Part shown: piece after piece, positions 41,485 to 50,312 of the stretch
Numbering within the stretch: the first letter of the stretch is position 1
Layout of the letters: the number at the start of each line of letters is the position of its first letter
NCBI GenBank assembly: GCA_963792415.1
Contig: CAWBVY010000007.1
Span: 32,001-96,000, forward strand
DNA: 64,000 nucleotides
Source of the DNA: Candidatus Deferrimicrobiaceae bacterium
Lineage (GTDB): Bacteria; Desulfobacterota; Deferrimicrobia; Deferrimicrobiales; Deferrimicrobiaceae
Reading direction: 5' to 3'
Position numbers and translations under genes: made by a program
The notes under the pieces: model-generated
Told to the model about the DNA's origin: nothing
Seen by the model: only the letters and a program-made list of their open reading frames with translations
Databases searched by the model: none

Positions 41485-41646
41485 TTATTTTCCGAGCTTT
41501 TCCGGGAGCGAGAACTCGCGTCCGCAGTGGGGGCAGATCACGGTGTCGCCCGGCTTCCATTCCTTCGCTGCCTTCGTGGAGGCGCAGGAGGAAAGCAGGA
41601 ACAGGGCGCAGAGCGGCAGGAGCAACAGCTTTCCGTATCGTCTCAT
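41485..41646 (-). CDS. 53-aa putative lipoprotein with a single CPHCG motif
   Basis: MRRYGKLLLLPLCALFLLSS-C lipobox; mature part CASTKAAKEWKPGDTVICPHCGREFSLPEKLGK; SD GGGAGA. Confidence 0.75.
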   Translation of the reverse strand: MRRYGKLLLLPLCALFLLSSCASTKAAKEWKPGDTVICPHCGREFSLPEKLGK

Positions 41647-41706
41647 CGCGGAGTCTCCCTGCGCCGTTCTTCCCTCGAGGAACTTTCCGGTACGCGGCGC
41701 GACCTG

Positions 41707-41718
41707 CATATTATAATC
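41707..41718. promoter_or_regulatory. Back-to-back -10 boxes for the lipoprotein-cbiQO-larA operon and suhB
   Basis: Palindromic ATTATAAT (41710-41717) reads TATAAT on both strands. Confidence 0.5.
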
Positions 41719-41754
41719 GGCGCTGGATCCATGAGGCGGAAAAAGGGGGGCGTG

Positions 41755-42582
41755 ATGGGAACCAGGGAACTGCTGGAGTTCGTCGAGGAACTGGCCCGCG
41801 GGGGCGGCGGGATCCTCCGGAAAAGCTACGGGCGCCAGCAGGCGATCCACTTCAAGGGAGAGATCAACCTGGTGACCGACGTGGACCGCGAATCGGAAGG
41901 GTACATCCTGGGACGGATCCGGGAGCGGTTCCCGGACCACGGGTTGCTGTCGGAGGAGAGCCCCGAGCGGCGTTCCCCGTCGCCGTACCGGTGGATCGTC
42001 GATCCCCTCGACGGGACCACGAATTACGCGCACGGCTACCCGTGTTTCTGCGTCTCCGTGGCGGTGGAGCAGGAAGGCGCGGTCGTGGCGGGGGCGGTGT
42101 ACGATCCCATGCTCGACGAATCGTTCACCGCGGCGAAAGGAGAGGGGGCGTTCCGGAACGGAGAACGGATCGCGGTCTCGAAGATCGCGGAACTGCGGAA
42201 ATCGCTCCTGGCCACCGGCTTCGCCTACGACGTGAATACGTCCACCGACAACAACTTCGACTACTTCCGGGCGTTCGTACTGACCGGTCAGGCGATCCGG
42301 CGGGACGGCTCCGCCGCGCTGGATCTCTGCTATCTGGCGTGCGGGCGGTTCGACGGGTTCTGGGAGTTGAAGCTGAAGCCCTGGGACACGGCGGCGGGGC
42401 TCCTCGTGTTGCACGAGGCGGGGGGGGTCGCGACACGGCTCGACGGCGGGCCGTACGACATCCATCAGCCGGACCTGCTCGCCTCCAACGGCCTCATCCA
42501 CGCGCAGATGGTGGAGGTGCTGCGGAAGGCGAAAAAACAGGGGGGCGGCCCGGGTGGCCGTCCCCCCATCGGCGTCGGGTGA
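41755..42582 (+). CDS. suhB: Inositol monophosphatase SuhB
   Basis: NLVTDVD..SE, WIVDPLDGTTNYAHG, RRDGSAALDLC, LKPWDTAAG. Confidence 0.92.
   Translation: MGTRELLEFVEELARGGGGILRKSYGRQQAIHFKGEINLVTDVDRESEGYILGRIRERFPDHGLLSEESPERRSPSPYRWIVDPLDGTTNYAHGYPCFCVSVAVEQEGAVVAGAVYDPMLDESFTAAKGEGAFRNGERIAVSKIAELRKSLLATGFAYDVNTSTDNNFDYFRAFVLTGQAIRRDGSAALDLCYLACGRFDGFWELKLKPWDTAAGLLVLHEAGGVATRLDGGPYDIHQPDLLASNGLIHAQMVEVLRKAKKQGGGPGGRPPIGVG
42532..42566 (-). terminator. Intrinsic terminator for the DUF2155 gene, inside the 3' end of suhB
   Basis: GGGGGCGGCC / GGCCGTCCCC stem preceded by AAAAAA on plus (U tract on minus). Confidence 0.6.
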
Positions 42583-42590
42583 AACGCGCG

Positions 42591-43112
42591 TTACTTCTTG
42601 ACCCCTTCGAGGAGCGCCACCCCGTACTTGTCGTGCGTGAACGGGTGCACCATCGGGTGCAGCGAGAACAGCCAGCCGTGGAAGATCTCCTTCCCTCCCT
42701 CGAACACCTCGAGCTGGGCGGCGGGATTCTCCGGGCCGTTCGTGTTCGACGTGATCTGGTCCGCCGCCATCGCGAAGTGCGGCAGGAAGTTCCCGATCTT
42801 CAGCGTGAGGTCCGTGTCGGGAACCTTGAACTCGGAGTTCAGCGGGATGGTGAACGCCTTCTTGCTCTTCTTCTCCTTGAATTCCACTTCGACCTTGACG
42901 GCTTTCCACCCGGCCTTCACGGCGTCGGGGACGACGACCTTCTTCTCGACCGGGGGCGCACCTGCATCGCCGTGCGGAGCGCCGGGCATGCCGGGCTGAC
43001 CGGGCGCGCCCTGCGGGGGCATCGGCGGCGGGGGAGGCTGCTGCTTCTTGCAGCCGGCACCCGCGAAAGCGACCATCATGAGAACAGTGACCAGAAGCGT
43101 GAATTTTTTCAT
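42591..43112 (-). CDS. DUF2155-like lipoprotein with Pro-rich linker
   Basis: Lipobox AGAG-C, Pro/Gly linker, FLPHF.M...ITS....ENPAA...FHGWLFS.HP..HPF.H.KY. Confidence 0.75.
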   Translation of the reverse strand: MKKFTLLVTVLMMVAFAGAGCKKQQPPPPPMPPQGAPGQPGMPGAPHGDAGAPPVEKKVVVPDAVKAGWKAVKVEVEFKEKKSKKAFTIPLNSEFKVPDTDLTLKIGNFLPHFAMAADQITSNTNGPENPAAQLEVFEGGKEIFHGWLFSLHPMVHPFTHDKYGVALLEGVKK

Positions 43113-43210
43113 CGTTACCCGTTCCTCCTTCGATTTTGCGCGTGCTGCGGAGCACGCGGTGATTCGCAACGCGGGCTCGAATCCCGGGATCTCCGGGGAT
43201 CGATGTCATG

Positions 43211-43323
43211 CCCTTCTTCGCCGGCGGGCTGCAACGCAAACCCCGAATCCCACCGGCTACGCAGGGCACCCTCCGCAGCGCAAGGTTCTCATTTTTCCGT
43301 CACGAACCTTGTGCGAAGGAGGG
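43211..43323 (-). repeat. 113-nt tRNA-3'-flanking double-palindrome element, copy A
   Basis: Three mismatches versus copy B; begins at the base after the tRNA CCA. Confidence 0.9.
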
Positions 43324-43417
43324 TGGCGGAGAGGGAGGGATTCGAACCCTCGAGGCGGGTATAAGCCACCTACGCGATTTCCAGTCGCGTTCCTTCGGCC
43401 AGCTCGGACACCTCTCC
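43324..43417 (-). tRNA. tRNA-Ser(GGA)
   Basis: GGAGAGG/CCTCTCC acceptor, CGCGA-CT-GGA-AA-TCGCG, long variable arm, GGTTCGAATCC, G73 and encoded CCA. Confidence 0.96.
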
Positions 43418-43458
43418 GTACGGACAATCCTCATGTGAAACCGGTTCCAAAGAACATG

Positions 43459-43571
43459 CCCTGCTTCGCCGGCGGGCTGCTACGCAAACCCCGAATCCCA
43501 CCGGCTTCGCAGGGCACCCTCCGCAGCGCAAGGTTCTCATTTTTCCGTCACGAACCTTGTGCGAAGGAGGG
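43459..43571 (-). repeat. 113-nt tRNA-3'-flanking double-palindrome element, copy B
   Basis: Same length and position relative to CCA as copies A and C. Confidence 0.9.
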
Positions 43572-43664
<93 letters not shown>

Positions 43665-43704
43665 GTACGAACATCCTTCCCAAAAACCCGTTTAAAAGAA
43701 CAAC

Positions 43705-43817
43705 CCCTGCTTCGCCGACGCGCTGCAACGCAAACCCCGAATCCCACCGGCTTCGCAGGGCACCCTCCGTAGCGCAAGGAACCCGTTCCTCCGTCACCAA
43801 CCTTGTGCGAAGGAGGG
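43705..43817 (-). repeat. 113-nt tRNA-3'-flanking double-palindrome element, copy C
   Basis: About 11 mismatches versus copy B by hand count, outer stems intact. Confidence 0.88.
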
Positions 43818-43905
43818 TGGCGGAGGGAGCAGGATTCGAACCTGCGGGGCGTCGCCGCCCAGCGGTTTTCAAGACCGCCGCCTTCAGCCGCTCGGCCATC
43901 CCTCC
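43818..43905 (-). tRNA. tRNA-Ser(TGA)
   Basis: GGAGGGA/TCCCTCC acceptor, GCGGT-CT-TGA-AA-ACCGC, long variable arm, GCCA end. Confidence 0.96.
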
Positions 43906-43999
43906 GGGAAACATATACTTATACCAGATCCGGTCGTCGCGAGGGAGCAAAAAAGGGGGGGAGGGACGGCCGCGGACGCCGATGATATGATAGGCGATC

Positions 44000-45058
44000 A
44001 TGGGATTCCACGATCCACCGGCGTCGTTGCTGGTCCGGGCGACGAACTGGCTGGGTGACGCGGTGATGACGACGCCCGCGCTGGCAGCCGTTCGCGAAGG
44101 GCTTCCGGACGCCCGGATCGCCCTTCTCGCCAAGCCGCTGGTGGCGGAACTGTTCCGCCATCATCCGGACGTCGACGAGGTGATCGTCTACGAGCGGCCC
44201 GGTCGTCACGAGGGGGCCCTCGGCCGGCTCCGGCTCGGCGCGGAACTCCGGCGCCGCCGGTTCGACGGGGCGTTGCTTCTGCAAAACGCGTTCGACGCGG
44301 CGTTGCTCGCCTTCCTCGGCCGGATCCCGGAACGGGCGGGGTATCCCACCGATGGACGGAGGATCCTCCTCACCCTGCCCGTTCCGTTGACTCCCGGGAT
44401 CCTCGAACGCCACGAGGTGGAATATTATCTGTGCCTGCTCGACGGGCTGGGGATCCCTCGCCCCGAGCCGGCGGTGTTGAAACTCGCCGTGACGGAGGAG
44501 GAGAGGGAGGCGATGGCGACGCGTCTCGCGTCCCTCGGCATCGGGCGGGGCGCTCCGATCGTGACGATCAACCCGGGCGCGACGTACGGTTCCGCGAAGC
44601 GGTGGTACCCGGACCGGTTCGCCGCCGTCGCGGACGCCCTTTCCTCGGAGTGGGGCGCGGCGATCGTCGTCGTCGGTTCGACCGCGGAGGCCCCCCTGTC
44701 CGGCGAGATCGAAGCCGCGACGCGAAACCCCCCGGTCAACCTCGCGGGGAAGACGACGGTGCGGGAAATGATGGCGCTTCTCTCCCTCTCCTCCTTTCTG
44801 GTCACCAACGACTCCGGGCCGATGCACATCGGGGCCGCCCTCGGCGTCCCGCTCGTTGCGATCTTCGGCCCCACCGATTGGCGGCGAACCTCGCCGTGGT
44901 CCGGGCGCGCGAAGGTCGTCCGGGTGGAGGTCGACTGCTCGCCCTGCAGGCTGCGGGTCTGCGACCGGGGGCACGAGTGCATGCTCGGGGTGACCCCCGG
45001 AATGGTGCTCGACGCCGCGCGGCAGCTGCTGCCGGAGGGGCCAAGCAAAGGTGCCTGA
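44000..45058 (+). CDS. waaF: LPS heptosyltransferase II (GT9)
   Basis: RATNWLGDAVM, NPGATYGSAKRW, NLAGKT, TNDSGPMH, FGPTD, CSPC. Confidence 0.9.
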   Translation: MGFHDPPASLLVRATNWLGDAVMTTPALAAVREGLPDARIALLAKPLVAELFRHHPDVDEVIVYERPGRHEGALGRLRLGAELRRRRFDGALLLQNAFDAALLAFLGRIPERAGYPTDGRRILLTLPVPLTPGILERHEVEYYLCLLDGLGIPRPEPAVLKLAVTEEEREAMATRLASLGIGRGAPIVTINPGATYGSAKRWYPDRFAAVADALSSEWGAAIVVVGSTAEAPLSGEIEAATRNPPVNLAGKTTVREMMALLSLSSFLVTNDSGPMHIGAALGVPLVAIFGPTDWRRTSPWSGRAKVVRVEVDCSPCRLRVCDRGHECMLGVTPGMVLDAARQLLPEGPSKGA

Positions 45059-46154
45059 CGTCCGAAGGATCCTGATCGTCAAGCTCTCCGCGATGGGGGA
45101 CGTGGTGCACGCGCTCCCGGCGGTGACGTATCTTCGCGGAGCGGCTCCGGCGGCGGAGATCCACTGGGCCGTCGACACCCGGTTCACGGAACTTCTCGAG
45201 GGGAACCCGGGAATCGCGAAGGTGGTTTCCCTGCCGATCCGGGAGTGGAAGGGGCGCCTGGGATCCCCCGCCGCGTGGCGGGAAGCGCGGATTGCCGCGG
45301 AGGCGTTGCGTGGAGAAAAGTATGACCTCGCCATCGACCTCCAGGGGAACATAAAGAGCGGCGTGGTGACGTACCTTTCCGGCGCCCCGCTGCGGTACGG
45401 TTTTCCCCGGGAGACCGCGCGGGAGCGCCAGAATCTCTGGTTCACGAACCGCCACCCGCCGGCGGTGGAGGAGGACCGGCACGTCACGCGGAAGATCCTG
45501 CGGCTCGCGAGCGCCCCGTTCGACGGGACGTTCCCGACGGAGGAACTCCGCGGGGAGGTCGTCACCACCGCGGCGGAGTTCGAAGCGGCTTCGTCGCTTC
45601 TCGCCGCGGCGTTGCCCGGAGCCTCTCCGCGCCTGGCCGTCCACCCCGGCACCACGTGGAACACGAAGCGGATGGACGTCGCCTTCTGGGCGGACACGGT
45701 GCGGAACGTCCGGAACGCTTTCCCCCGCCTGGGGGTGTTCCTCTCCTGGGGGACGGAGAAGGAGCGGGAGGAGTGCCTTGCGATCCGGTATCTTGCGGGC
45801 CAGGGCGTGGCGCTGCTGCCGCGCCTCGGGTACAAGGCCCTCGCGGCCGTATACCGCGCCTGCGGCCACATGATCGGCCCCGACACGGGGCCGCTGCACC
45901 TCGCGGCGGCCGTCGGTGCGAAGACCGTTTCGGTCTTTCGGGGGAGCGACGGCCGGTACGCGGCGCCGGTGGGGCCGGGCCATCGCTTCTTCCAGGCGCC
46001 GCTGCCGTGCACGGCGTGCCAGATCAAGGGGGACAAGGTGTGCCCGCGGGACGCGGAGTGCCGCGCCACCATCAAGGCCGCTGAGGTCGCGGCGGCGATG
46101 GCGGAGTTTTTCGCGGAATCGGGCGCGGCGTCCACCGGGGGGATGGCTCCATGA
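45051..46154 (+). CDS. waaC: LPS heptosyltransferase I (GT9)
   Basis: RILIVKLSAMGDVVHALP, YDLAIDLQG..KS, DTGPLHLAAA. Confidence 0.82.
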   Translation: MPDVRRILIVKLSAMGDVVHALPAVTYLRGAAPAAEIHWAVDTRFTELLEGNPGIAKVVSLPIREWKGRLGSPAAWREARIAAEALRGEKYDLAIDLQGNIKSGVVTYLSGAPLRYGFPRETARERQNLWFTNRHPPAVEEDRHVTRKILRLASAPFDGTFPTEELRGEVVTTAAEFEAASSLLAAALPGASPRLAVHPGTTWNTKRMDVAFWADTVRNVRNAFPRLGVFLSWGTEKEREECLAIRYLAGQGVALLPRLGYKALAAVYRACGHMIGPDTGPLHLAAAVGAKTVSVFRGSDGRYAAPVGPGHRFFQAPLPCTACQIKGDKVCPRDAECRATIKAAEVAAAMAEFFAESGAASTGGMAP

Positions 46155-46897
46155 AGATCACCGCCATCGTCATCACGAGGAACGAGGAAAGGAACATCGG
46201 CGACTGCCTGGCGTCGATCCCGTTCGCCGACGAGGTGGTCGTCGTCGACTCGGGCAGCGTCGACCGGACGGAGGAGATCTGCCGCAGGGACCCGAGGGTC
46301 CGATGGTTCCCCGAGCCGTGGAAGGGATTCGGCCCGCAGAAGAACAGCGCTCTCGACAAGGCGGGGAACGAATGGGTCCTGAGCATCGACGCCGACGAGC
46401 GGGTCACGCCGGAACTGGCGGAGGAGATCGCCTCCCTCCCGCTGTTCGAGCCCGGGGTGGACGGGTACCGGATCCCCAGGAAAAGCTTCTTCGGGAAGGA
46501 GTGGGTTCGCCACGGGGGATGGTATCCCGACTACACGATCCGGCTGTGGCGGCGGGGGGCGGGCCGCTTCGTGGACCGCTCGGTGCACGAGGTGGTCCGG
46601 GTTGAAGGGACGGTGGGCACCCTCCGGGGCGACCTGCTGCACCACACCTACATGGACACCGCCGACTTCGTCGAACGGATGAACCGCTATTCGACGCTTG
46701 GATCCGCGGAACTCCGGAGGAAAGGGGTCCGGTGCACGACGCTCGACCTTCTCTTCCGGCCCCCGTTCACCTTCTTCCGGATGTACGTCCTCCGCCTGGG
46801 TTTCCTCGACGGAACGCTCGGGTTCCGCCTGGCGGTTCTTTACGCAATGTACACGTTCCTGAAATACGCCAAGGTGAGGGATGGCGATGGCGGGTAG
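46151..46897 (+). CDS. GT2 glycosyltransferase (WaaE/KdtX-like)
   Basis: ITRNEERNI, VDSGSVD.T, GFGPQKN, IDADE, GWYPD, VHE. Confidence 0.87.
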   Translation: MKITAIVITRNEERNIGDCLASIPFADEVVVVDSGSVDRTEEICRRDPRVRWFPEPWKGFGPQKNSALDKAGNEWVLSIDADERVTPELAEEIASLPLFEPGVDGYRIPRKSFFGKEWVRHGGWYPDYTIRLWRRGAGRFVDRSVHEVVRVEGTVGTLRGDLLHHTYMDTADFVERMNRYSTLGSAELRRKGVRCTTLDLLFRPPFTFFRMYVLRLGFLDGTLGFRLAVLYAMYTFLKYAKVRDGDGG

Positions 46898-48023
46898 CCT
46901 GCTCGGGCGGGATATCCGGTCGATTCTCGTCTTCAAGCAGAGGAACATCGGGGACGTTCTCCTGTCCACCCCGGCGATTCACGCATTGCGGAGCGCATGG
47001 CCCCAGGCCCGGATCGCCGTGGCCGTCAATTCCGGGACCGAAGCGATGATCGAGGGGAACCCCGACATCGACCGCGTGATCGTGTTCGACCGGTCGGCGC
47101 GGGACGCCGGCGGAGCGGGGCGATGGAGGGAGGAGGCCCGGTTCCTCGGGGAGATCCGTGCGTGGCGCCCCGACCTCGCCGTCCAGCTCACCGAGGGGGA
47201 CCGGGGGGCCATCCTCGCGTTCCTGTCCGGGGCAAGGTTCCGGGCCGGCCTGGTTCCGGGCCGGCGGGGGTTGTGGGGGAAGGAGAAGCTGTTCACCCAC
47301 CTGTCTCCGCTTCCCTCCCTGTACCGCCACGCCGTCCTTCGGGACCTCGATGTGGTCGGCGTCGCGGGTATCCCCCCGGCGGACCCCGGGCTGCGCTTCT
47401 TCTTCACGGAGGAGGATCGGTCGCGGGCCGCGGCGCTCCTCTCCGGGGCCGGGGTTCCCGACGGCGCGCCGTACGCGGTCGTGCAGCCCGGGTCGCGGTG
47501 GAAATTCAAATGCTGGACCGATGCGGGGAACGCGGGTCTCCTCGCCCACCTCGCCCGGCGGGGTCTCCTCCCGGTAATCACCTCCGGCCCGGACCCGGAG
47601 GAGGTGGCGCAGGTGGAGCGGATCCGGGGGTTGTGCCCGGTGTCCGTCGCGTCCCTGGCCGGGCGTCTCTCGTTCCGGGAGCTGGGCGCGCTGATCTCCA
47701 CGGCGCGCCTGTACGTCGGCGTCGACTCCGCGCCGATGCACCTCGCCGCCGCCGTGGGGACCCCGACCGTGGCGATCTTCGGTCCCACCGGTGCCTTCAA
47801 CTGGGCTCCGTGGGAAGGGATCGACTGGGGGTACACCGCCCAGATGAAAGGAGGCACCCGGTTCGTCGGGCGCCACGCGGTCGTCCAGCAGGCGTGGGAT
47901 TGCGTGCCGTGCGGGAAGGACGGGTGCGGGGGGACGAAGCGGAGCCGCTGCATGGAGGAGATCTCCCTCGACGAGGTGGCGGAGGCGGTCGATCGGATGC
48001 TCGCGAGGGCGGAGGGGGCATGA
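46887..48023 (+). CDS. waaQ: Putative LPS heptosyltransferase III (GT9, RfaQ-like)
   Basis: IGDVLLSTP, LTEGDRGAI, PGSRWKFKCW, GVDSAPMHLAAA. Confidence 0.8.
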   Translation: MAGSLLGRDIRSILVFKQRNIGDVLLSTPAIHALRSAWPQARIAVAVNSGTEAMIEGNPDIDRVIVFDRSARDAGGAGRWREEARFLGEIRAWRPDLAVQLTEGDRGAILAFLSGARFRAGLVPGRRGLWGKEKLFTHLSPLPSLYRHAVLRDLDVVGVAGIPPADPGLRFFFTEEDRSRAAALLSGAGVPDGAPYAVVQPGSRWKFKCWTDAGNAGLLAHLARRGLLPVITSGPDPEEVAQVERIRGLCPVSVASLAGRLSFRELGALISTARLYVGVDSAPMHLAAAVGTPTVAIFGPTGAFNWAPWEGIDWGYTAQMKGGTRFVGRHAVVQQAWDCVPCGKDGCGGTKRSRCMEEISLDEVAEAVDRMLARAEGA

Positions 48024-49126
48024 CGGATCGGGTGACCGTCCTGCATACGGAGTCCTCCCACGGCTGGGGGGGGCAGGAACAGCGCACCTTGCGGGAGTGT
48101 CTCGGGATCCGGGAACTGGGGATGCGCCCGGCCGTCCTCTGTCCCCCGGAGGCGGAACTGGGCCGGCGGGCGTCGTCCGAGGGGATCGAAGTCTTTTCGT
48201 GCCGGATGCGCAAGAGCTACGACCTGGCCGCCATCCGGACCCTCCTCCGCGTTCTCCGCGAGCAGGACGTCGACGTCGTGAACACCCACAGCGGGCGGGA
48301 CAGCTTTCTGGCGGGGGTGGCCGCCCGCCTTTCGCGCCGGCGTCCCGCGGTGGTCCGCACCCGTCACCTCGCCATGCCGATCACCTCCCGGATCTCCTAC
48401 TCCTACCTCCCCCACCGTGTGGTTACGGTGAGCGGGTACGTCAAGGAGTACCTGGCCCGGGAAGGGGTGCCCCGGGAGCGGATCGTCGTGGTCCCGACGG
48501 GGATCGACCTGGGCAGATTCGCGGGGGACCGGGCGCCCGGGAACTTGCGGGAGGAGTTGGGCCTCCCGCCGGACGCCCTGCTTGTTGGGTCCGTCTCGGT
48601 CCTCCGGGGCAAGAAGGGCCACCGGTCCCTTCTTGAGGCTGCTCCGTCGATACTCGCGGCGTTTCCCGGCACGGTGTTCGTGATCGCCGGGACGGGTCCC
48701 CAGGAGAAGAACCTGCGGAAAGCGATCGATGGGATGGGGCTGTCCGGATCGGTCCGCATGCTGGGCCACCGCGAGGACGTGCCCAACGTGCTGCGGTCGC
48801 TGGACCTCTTCGTCCTGCCCACGGAGGAGGAGGCGTTGGGCACCGCCTTCGTCGAGGCGATGGCCGCGGAGCGGGCGGTGGTCGGGTGTCGCGTGGGGGG
48901 TGTCCCGGAGGTGGTGGAGGAGGGGAGGACCGGCGTGCTGGTGCCGCCCGGGGATCCCGCCGTCCTTGGTGAGGCGATCCGCTCCATCCTGGCCGACGGG
49001 GAGTTGCGGCGCAGGATGGGGGCGGCGGGACGGAAGGCGGTCATGACGCGATACTCCGTGGAGGGGATGTGCCGGGGGATGTTTGAACTGTATCGCTCCC
49101 TCCTTGCGGAGAGGGGCAGGGGGTGA
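48020..49126 (+). CDS. GT4 glycosyltransferase
   Basis: HTESSHGWGGQE, NTHSGRDS, EALGTAFVEAMA, GGVPEVV. Confidence 0.88.
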   Translation: MTDRVTVLHTESSHGWGGQEQRTLRECLGIRELGMRPAVLCPPEAELGRRASSEGIEVFSCRMRKSYDLAAIRTLLRVLREQDVDVVNTHSGRDSFLAGVAARLSRRRPAVVRTRHLAMPITSRISYSYLPHRVVTVSGYVKEYLAREGVPRERIVVVPTGIDLGRFAGDRAPGNLREELGLPPDALLVGSVSVLRGKKGHRSLLEAAPSILAAFPGTVFVIAGTGPQEKNLRKAIDGMGLSGSVRMLGHREDVPNVLRSLDLFVLPTEEEALGTAFVEAMAAERAVVGCRVGGVPEVVEEGRTGVLVPPGDPAVLGEAIRSILADGELRRRMGAAGRKAVMTRYSVEGMCRGMFELYRSLLAERGRG

Positions 49127-49133
49127 ACCCGCC

Positions 49134-50312
49134 TTGAAGATCGCCCTCGCGCGATACCGCTATTCGCCGCATGGCGGGGCGGAACGGTACCTGGACGGTC
49201 TTCTCGCGTCCCTTCGCGCCGCGGGAATCCCCGTGCGCCTCCTGTGCGCCTCCTGGGAAGGGGAGGGAGCCTCGGGCGTCCCTCTCGTGAAGGTTTCCGT
49301 CCCCCGGAAGCCGGTCCCGCTGCGTCTCCTCCTCTTTGCGCGGGCCGTCCGGGAGTGGGGGCGGGCCCACCCGGACTGGCTCCTCTTCTCCCTGGAACGG
49401 GTCCCGGGGGCGGAGGTCTACCGGGCGGGCGACGGGTGCCACGCCGAGTGGCTCGAGCGGAAGCGCCCCCTGCGTCCCCTCTCGTGGCCCCTGGACGCCT
49501 TGCGCCCCCTGAACCGCGTTTACCTGCACCTCGAGAAGGGGATGTTCGCCTCGGGGCGCCTCCGGGCGGTCATCGCGAATTCCGAGCGGGGCCGGGAAGA
49601 GATCGTCCGCCGGTTCGGGCTTCCCCCGGAGCGGATCGCCGTGGTGCGGAACGGCGTCGACGCCTCCCTTTTCCCCCCCGGGCGGCGGGAGGCGGCCGTT
49701 GCTGCGCTCCGCGGGAGGCTGGGGATCGCGGCGGAGGAGCCGGTGTTCCTCTTCGTCGGCTCCGGCTTCGCCCGCAAGGGGTTGGAGGTTCTTGCGAGGG
49801 CCGCGGTCCGGCTGGCCCGCAGGGGGCGAACGTTCCGGGTCGTCGTCGTCGGGAAGGGAGATCCCGCCCCCTACCTCCGCCTGCTCCGGGGCGGCGGGGC
49901 GGAGGACCGCTTCGTCTTCACGGGCCCGGTGGCGGGGGCCGTCGACTTCTATCTCGGGGGCGATGCCTTCGTCTTCCCGACGGTGTACGAGCCGTTCAGC
50001 AACGCCTGCCTCGAGGCGATGGCCGCGGGTCTCCCGGTCATTACCACGGCGGTCAACGGGGCCGCGGAAGTGCTGCGGGACGGGGAGTCGGGGTTTCTCC
50101 TCCCCGACCCGCAGGACGACACCCTCCTCGCGTTGCGGATGGAGGATCTGCTCGACGGGGAGCTCCGCCGCCGGATGGGCGCAGAGGCTCGTCGTGCCGC
50201 CGGGCCGCTGACGCCGGAGCGCAACGCGGCGGAGACCCTGGCCGTCCTTTCCCGCGCGTGGGCGGAGAAGTCGGGGGCCGACGGACGGTCTCCCGGGGGG
50301 ACGGGATCGTGA
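49134..50312 (+). CDS. GT4 glycosyltransferase, WaaG/RfaG-like
   Basis: YSPHGGAERY, YRAGDGCH, GSGFARKG, YEPFSNACLEAMA; TTG start 49134. Confidence 0.85.
   Translation: MKIALARYRYSPHGGAERYLDGLLASLRAAGIPVRLLCASWEGEGASGVPLVKVSVPRKPVPLRLLLFARAVREWGRAHPDWLLFSLERVPGAEVYRAGDGCHAEWLERKRPLRPLSWPLDALRPLNRVYLHLEKGMFASGRLRAVIANSERGREEIVRRFGLPPERIAVVRNGVDASLFPPGRREAAVAALRGRLGIAAEEPVFLFVGSGFARKGLEVLARAAVRLARRGRTFRVVVVGKGDPAPYLRLLRGGGAEDRFVFTGPVAGAVDFYLGGDAFVFPTVYEPFSNACLEAMAAGLPVITTAVNGAAEVLRDGESGFLLPDPQDDTLLALRMEDLLDGELRRRMGAEARRAAGPLTPERNAAETLAVLSRAWAEKSGADGRSPGGTGS

Noticed and set aside
43173-43185. T-arm-like GGGCTCGAATCCC as a fourth or degenerate tRNA
   Set aside because: Opposite strand to the cluster and no acceptor, D or anticodon arms around it.
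43818-43905. tRNA with TGA anticodon as selenocysteine or suppressor tRNA
   Set aside because: Anticodon TGA reads UCA (Ser); tRNA-Sec has anticodon TCA and a longer acceptor stem.
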